Source: an uncultured Actinomycetes bacterium
Lineage (GTDB): Bacteria > Actinomycetota > Thermoleophilia > UBA2241
Reading direction: 5' to 3'
Length of the DNA: 64,000 nt
NCBI GenBank assembly: GCA_963709345.1
Contig: CAVPVX010000010.1
Coordinates: forward strand, 32,001 to 96,000
A model generated the notes under the pieces. The model did no database searches. It had not been told where the DNA came from and saw nothing but the letters and a program-made list of their open reading frames with translations. Shown in pieces: positions 59,892 through 64,000 of this stretch (the first letter of the stretch is position 1; the number at the start of each line of letters is the position of its first letter). The translations under genes and the position numbers were made by a program.

Positions 59892-61331
59892 ATGCCAGAT
59901 AGCAGCATGGAGATCGGCGCCGGCCGGGTGAGCTTCCTCACCGAGGAGCAGAAGCAGCGCATCTACGAGGCCGCGCTTGGGATCCTGTCCGAGATCGGCA
60001 TGGTGGTGCTTCACGAGGAGGGTGAGGCCGTCATGCTCGCCGGCGACTGTGTCAAGGACGACGCCGGCCTCATCCACGTGTCCGCTGAGCTCGTAGAGCA
60101 GGCGCGCTCCACGGTCCCGGCCAGCTTCATGGTCTACGACCGCGCCGGCGAGCCGGCGATGGATCTGGGCGGCCGGCGCGCGTACTTTGGGAACGGTTCG
60201 GACGTGATGCATCTGCTTGACCTCGAGACTGGCGAGCGCCGCCTGGGCAAGCTCGAGGACGTCGGCGAGGCGGCGCGCCTCTGCGACGCCCTGCCCGAGA
60301 TCGACTTCGTCATGTCGGGCGCCTACCCCGACGGCATGGTCGCCGAGGAGGCGTACCCCAAGCAGTTCCGCGCCATGATCGAGGCGACGACCAAGCCACT
60401 CGTCATGACGGCCGGGGGCGTCGAGACCGTCGAGCCCATGTGGCGCATGGCCTGCGAGGTCCGCGGCGGCGCCGACGCGCTGCGCGACAAGCCGTACTTC
60501 GTCATGTACAACCAGCCCGTCAGCCCTCTCAAGCACCCCTTCGAGACCGTCGAGAAGCTGCTGTTCTGCGCCGACAAGGGCATCCCGTCCACGTACTGCC
60601 CGTCGCCGGTGGCCGGAGGGACCGCCCCCATCACCACCGCCGGCCAGATCACACTTGGCATCGCCGAGGCGCTCTTCGGCCTGGTCATGCACCAACTCCG
60701 TGTGCCCGGGGCCCCGTTCGTCATCGGCCAGGGCCCCAACACGCTCGACATGGCGACCTCTCAGTCGGCCTACAACTCGCCCGAGTTCATCCGCGCGTAC
60801 GCGTGCGAGGTCGAGATGGCCAAGTGGCTCGACCTGCCCAACTGGGGCTTCAGCGGTCACACCGACGCGCAGGTGGTGGACGCTCAGGCCGGCATGGAGG
60901 CCGACGAGATCACCAAGCTCTCCATGCAGCTCGGCGCCAACCTCAACCACGACGTCGGCTACATGGACTTCGGGCTCTCCGGGTCGCTCGCCGAGGTCGT
61001 CCTGGTCGCCGAATTCATCTCGCGCAACCGGCAGTTGCTCGAGGAGATCGAGGTCAGCGACGAGACGCTGGCCGTGGACGTGCTCAAGGCGGTCGGCCCC
61101 GGCGGCGACTTCCTCGGCCAGCGGCACACGCGGCGCCACCTGCGCAGCACCCAGTGGCGCGGGAAGCTGCTCAATCGCGCCAGCTACGACCGCTGGGCGG
61201 CGAACGGTGCCACGGACGCCACGGAGAAGGCGCGTTTGCGGGCGCTCGAGCTACTGGCAACGCACGAGGTGCCGGCGCTGCCGGACGGCCTCTGCGCACG
61301 GCTCGACGCAGTCATGGGCGGTCTCTCATGA
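59892..61331 (+). CDS. Non-pyrrolysine MttB-superfamily methyltransferase (close paralogue of 24872-26326)
   Basis: PVSPL.H, AGGTAPIT.AG, PNWGFSG-H-TDAQ.VDAQAG, GPGGDFLGQRHT; AGGAG RBS. Confidence 0.9.
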   Translation: MPDSSMEIGAGRVSFLTEEQKQRIYEAALGILSEIGMVVLHEEGEAVMLAGDCVKDDAGLIHVSAELVEQARSTVPASFMVYDRAGEPAMDLGGRRAYFGNGSDVMHLLDLETGERRLGKLEDVGEAARLCDALPEIDFVMSGAYPDGMVAEEAYPKQFRAMIEATTKPLVMTAGGVETVEPMWRMACEVRGGADALRDKPYFVMYNQPVSPLKHPFETVEKLLFCADKGIPSTYCPSPVAGGTAPITTAGQITLGIAEALFGLVMHQLRVPGAPFVIGQGPNTLDMATSQSAYNSPEFIRAYACEVEMAKWLDLPNWGFSGHTDAQVVDAQAGMEADEITKLSMQLGANLNHDVGYMDFGLSGSLAEVVLVAEFISRNRQLLEEIEVSDETLAVDVLKAVGPGGDFLGQRHTRRHLRSTQWRGKLLNRASYDRWAANGATDATEKARLRALELLATHEVPALPDGLCARLDAVMGGLS

Positions 61332-62368
61332 AGGCCTACCAGCTGGTCGAGTGGCAGCAGCCACCTCGGCTTCGCGATGTCCGGGTCCCCGAGCCGGACG
61401 TCGGCCAGGTGTTGATCAAAGTCGGTGGCGCCTGCGCCTGTCACACCGACCTGAGGATGATGGAATGGCCCCCCGGCCTGCACGACTACGCTCTGCCTTT
61501 CACGTTGGGTCACGAGAACGCGGGCTGGATCGCCGCGCTCGGCCCGGGCGTTGAGGGATGGCGTGTCGGAGATGCGGTCATCGTGTACGGCCCATGGGGC
61601 TGTGGCCGATGTGCCGCATGCCGCGAAGGCCGAGAGACGCTGTGCGAGCGTGCTGCCGAAGCCGACGTACCTGTCGGCGGCTTCGGTCTTGACGGCGGCA
61701 TGGCTGAGTACATGCTCGTACCGGATGCCCGGTGGCTGGTGCCGCTCGGCGATCTTGACCCCCGTGAGGCCGCTCCGCTCTCGGACGCTGGGCTGACTCC
61801 CTACCACGCCGTCAAGTCGACGCTGTCGCTGCTCACCCCGGGCGCAACGGCGCTTGTGATCGGCGTGGGCGGGCTCGGGCACATGGCGGTGCAGCTGCTG
61901 CGTGCCGTCTCGGCGGCCCGGGTGATCGCGGTCGATGTCGACGAGTCGAAGCTCGGGCTGGCGCGCGCCGTCGGCGCCGATGAGACGGTGGCCGCCGGCG
62001 AGACGGCGGCTGCCCGGATCCGCGAGCTCACGCGTGGTCTGGGTGTGACGGTGGTGTTCGACTGCGTCGGTGCCGAGGCGACGATGCGCCTTGCGACGGC
62101 GGTCGTCCGCCCCGGCGGCGCCGTGCAGGTCATCGGCCTCGCGGGCGGGATGCTGCCGTTCGGCTACGGGGCGTTGCCCTTCGACGTCAGCCTGACCATC
62201 CCCTACTGGGGGAGTCTTCCCGAGTTGGCGGAGGTCATCGAGCTCGCGCGCTCTGGGCGCATCCATGCTCACACCGAGCGTTTCGCTCTCGATGAGGCGG
62301 CGGACGCCTACGCCCGGCTTCGCGCGGGCGCCCTGCAGGGCCGAGCGGTCATCACGCCACACGGGTAG
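61328..62368 (+). CDS. Zinc-dependent NAD(P) alcohol dehydrogenase
   Basis: ACHTD, GHE..G, CGRCAAC...C structural zinc, GVGGLGH; ends in TAG. Confidence 0.9.
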   Translation: MKAYQLVEWQQPPRLRDVRVPEPDVGQVLIKVGGACACHTDLRMMEWPPGLHDYALPFTLGHENAGWIAALGPGVEGWRVGDAVIVYGPWGCGRCAACREGRETLCERAAEADVPVGGFGLDGGMAEYMLVPDARWLVPLGDLDPREAAPLSDAGLTPYHAVKSTLSLLTPGATALVIGVGGLGHMAVQLLRAVSAARVIAVDVDESKLGLARAVGADETVAAGETAAARIRELTRGLGVTVVFDCVGAEATMRLATAVVRPGGAVQVIGLAGGMLPFGYGALPFDVSLTIPYWGSLPELAEVIELARSGRIHAHTERFALDEAADAYARLRAGALQGRAVITPHG

Positions 62369-62406
62369 ACGCGGATCGCCCGGTCTGCCGGCCCTTCCGA
62401 AACGAC

Positions 62407-63363
62407 TCAGGCGAGAGCAGCGAGGGGTCGCATCGCGATTGCCTCTGTGGGACACGTGGTCGAGCAGAGCCCGCAGCCGCGGCAGGCCGAAGGCTCCAGC
62501 CGCGGTCTCCCTTCAGACTCAGAGGTGATCGCTCCGAACGGGCAGCGCATCGCGCAGCGTCCACAGGGCTCGCACGCGTCCGTATCGATGTCCGCGACGT
62601 GCCGCCGGCGCGGCCAGACGGCCTCGGCGTCGAGCTGCCGCGCCGCCCGGTGTGGAAAGCAGCAGTCGGTGCAGCAGTTGCAGATCGCGTGCATGTCGCC
62701 TGCGGAGCGACCCAGATAGTCGGTGTGGGTGAGACCGGCCGCATCGGTCTCGTGCAGTATCTCGATGGCTCTCTCTTGCGAGATCTCCCGGCCCAGGCCG
62801 CGCTCATTGTCGAAGCGCAGGCAGACATCGACGGGCCTGTCGCAGCCGCCGACGATCGCGCGGCAGTCACAGGGCCAAAGATAGACGTGTGGTTCCGCGG
62901 CGATCACAGCCTCAGCCTCGGGCAGCAGAAGATAGGTGTAGTCGATCTGCTTGGAGTCACCCGGCGCTCCCCGCTTGAGCGCCTCGAGGTCGTCGCGGAC
63001 CGACTCGGCGTAGTCGTCGGTCGCCCACTCCGCAAGGCGAAGACGGATGTCGTCCGGGACGTCCATCCAGCCCTCGAACATGGCCCAGATGTCGAGGCGG
63101 TCGGCGAAGGACGCCGGGGTGTGGTCGCCGGCGTCGTCGCGGTCGAGTGCGGCACGGCGAACGCCACGGTCGAGAGCCTCGATGGAGACATCGCGCAGGC
63201 GATCGTCGGCCGCGGCGAGCACGAGATCCGTGTCTTCTTCATCGTAGAAGCGGTCGAGCCACGGGATGGTGAACTCCGGCGCTCCGACGACCGCTCCGAC
63301 ACGAGACAACGCTGCCTCTCGGGGGTCGCCCCCCATCCATCTCTTGATTCCGTTCTCGCTCAC
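62407..63363 (-). CDS. Cys-rich 4Fe-4S binding protein
   Basis: CDCR....C...C, CNCCTDCC, two CxxCxxCxxxCP ferredoxin motifs; GGGGGAGG RBS before GTG 63363. Confidence 0.8.
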   Translation of the reverse strand: MSENGIKRWMGGDPREAALSRVGAVVGAPEFTIPWLDRFYDEEDTDLVLAAADDRLRDVSIEALDRGVRRAALDRDDAGDHTPASFADRLDIWAMFEGWMDVPDDIRLRLAEWATDDYAESVRDDLEALKRGAPGDSKQIDYTYLLLPEAEAVIAAEPHVYLWPCDCRAIVGGCDRPVDVCLRFDNERGLGREISQERAIEILHETDAAGLTHTDYLGRSAGDMHAICNCCTDCCFPHRAARQLDAEAVWPRRRHVADIDTDACEPCGRCAMRCPFGAITSESEGRPRLEPSACRGCGLCSTTCPTEAIAMRPLAALA

Positions 63364-63589
63364 GCCACGACCTCCCCCAGACCCAGTGCGGCAACCGTCT
63401 CCGGTGATGGTACGCCATCTGGGGCCCAGCCGGTGAGTCCACACAGCTCGCGTCGCAGGTCGTACACATCGACCAGGTGGCTACAGCCGCGGCGGCCACG
63501 ACCACGAGTACGCAACAAGAGTGGCGCCTGCTGATGCAGGGTTCATCGGGCGGGCGCTTCGCTCGTGAGGTCTCCCGCCCGTCGCGCCG

Positions 63590-64000
63590 TCAAGCCACGC
63601 TCTCTGCGACGATCTCCCACACGGCCTTCGGGCGCCCATACCTGTCGATGACCTGCTCGCGCGTCTCCAGCGTGCGCCAACCCTCGGCGACCAAGGCCTC
63701 CACTGCGGTGCGGTCGAAGAATCGCTTCGTCCGAGTGCTCACCAGGTAGGAGTCCTTCTCGATCTGCTGGGGATCGTCGGGCCAGTGATGCACATCGTTC
63801 GTGGAGTTGAGTCTGCACAGCAGCAGGCCCGCGGGCAGGAGCAGTGTGTGGATGCGGTCGAAGAGGGCGACGGTCTCGTGCCAGGGGAAGTAGTGGAGTG
63901 ACAGGCTGGCTACGACCACTCGGGCGCCGGCTGCCGCAGATGGAAACGGGTCGCGCACGTCTTGGCAGAAGAACTCAGCGGCCGGGGCGCGCCAGCGTGC
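63590..64000 (-). CDS. Class I SAM-dependent methyltransferase, C-terminal part (start outside window)
   Basis: QDVR.PFP, VVASLSLHYF, L.P.G. Confidence 0.6.
   Translation of the reverse strand, partial: ARWRAPAAEFFCQDVRDPFPSAAAGARVVVASLSLHYFPWHETVALFDRIHTLLLPAGLLLCRLNSTNDVHHWPDDPQQIEKDSYLVSTRTKRFFDRTAVEALVAEGWRTLETREQVIDRYGRPKAVWEIVAESVA

Overview
High-GC bacterial window, probably an anaerobic actinomycete (inferred from GC content and an actinobacterial-type GlpD C-terminus). It is devoted to amino-acid and methylated-amine catabolism. In order: iorAB-paaK; a long hut operon containing korDABC and sucCD, followed by an atypical enolase, an OCD-family protein and a divergent Fe-S dehydratase; a xanthine-dehydrogenase-family complex with an Fe-ADH; lrp-panB-aminotransferase-mttB-corrinoid; ocd-mttB; tetR/aor; glpD/FAD oxidoreductase/gntR; a peptide-type ABC transporter; an orthologue of the orphan E. 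coli ygcWEURQ genes; and a methylamine methyltransferase cluster. Main result: two genes that the ORF track splits at TAG (54257-55645 mtbB, 56443-57912 mttB) are intact pyrrolysine (Pyl) methyltransferases with the amber codon at the conserved Pyl position. They flank a corrinoid protein, and four more non-Pyl MttB paralogues occur in the window. Three repeated DNA motifs suggest regulons. A BetI-like 20-bp palindrome (3 copies) links the Pyl operon to aor and the ABC transporter. A shared 52-bp promoter links the panB/mttB operon to the ygc operon. A GntR box occurs in 3 copies. No pylTSBCD genes were seen in the window. Several genes (hutU, korD, xdh, panB, aminotransferase) carry clustered single-base indels that are most likely sequencing errors.
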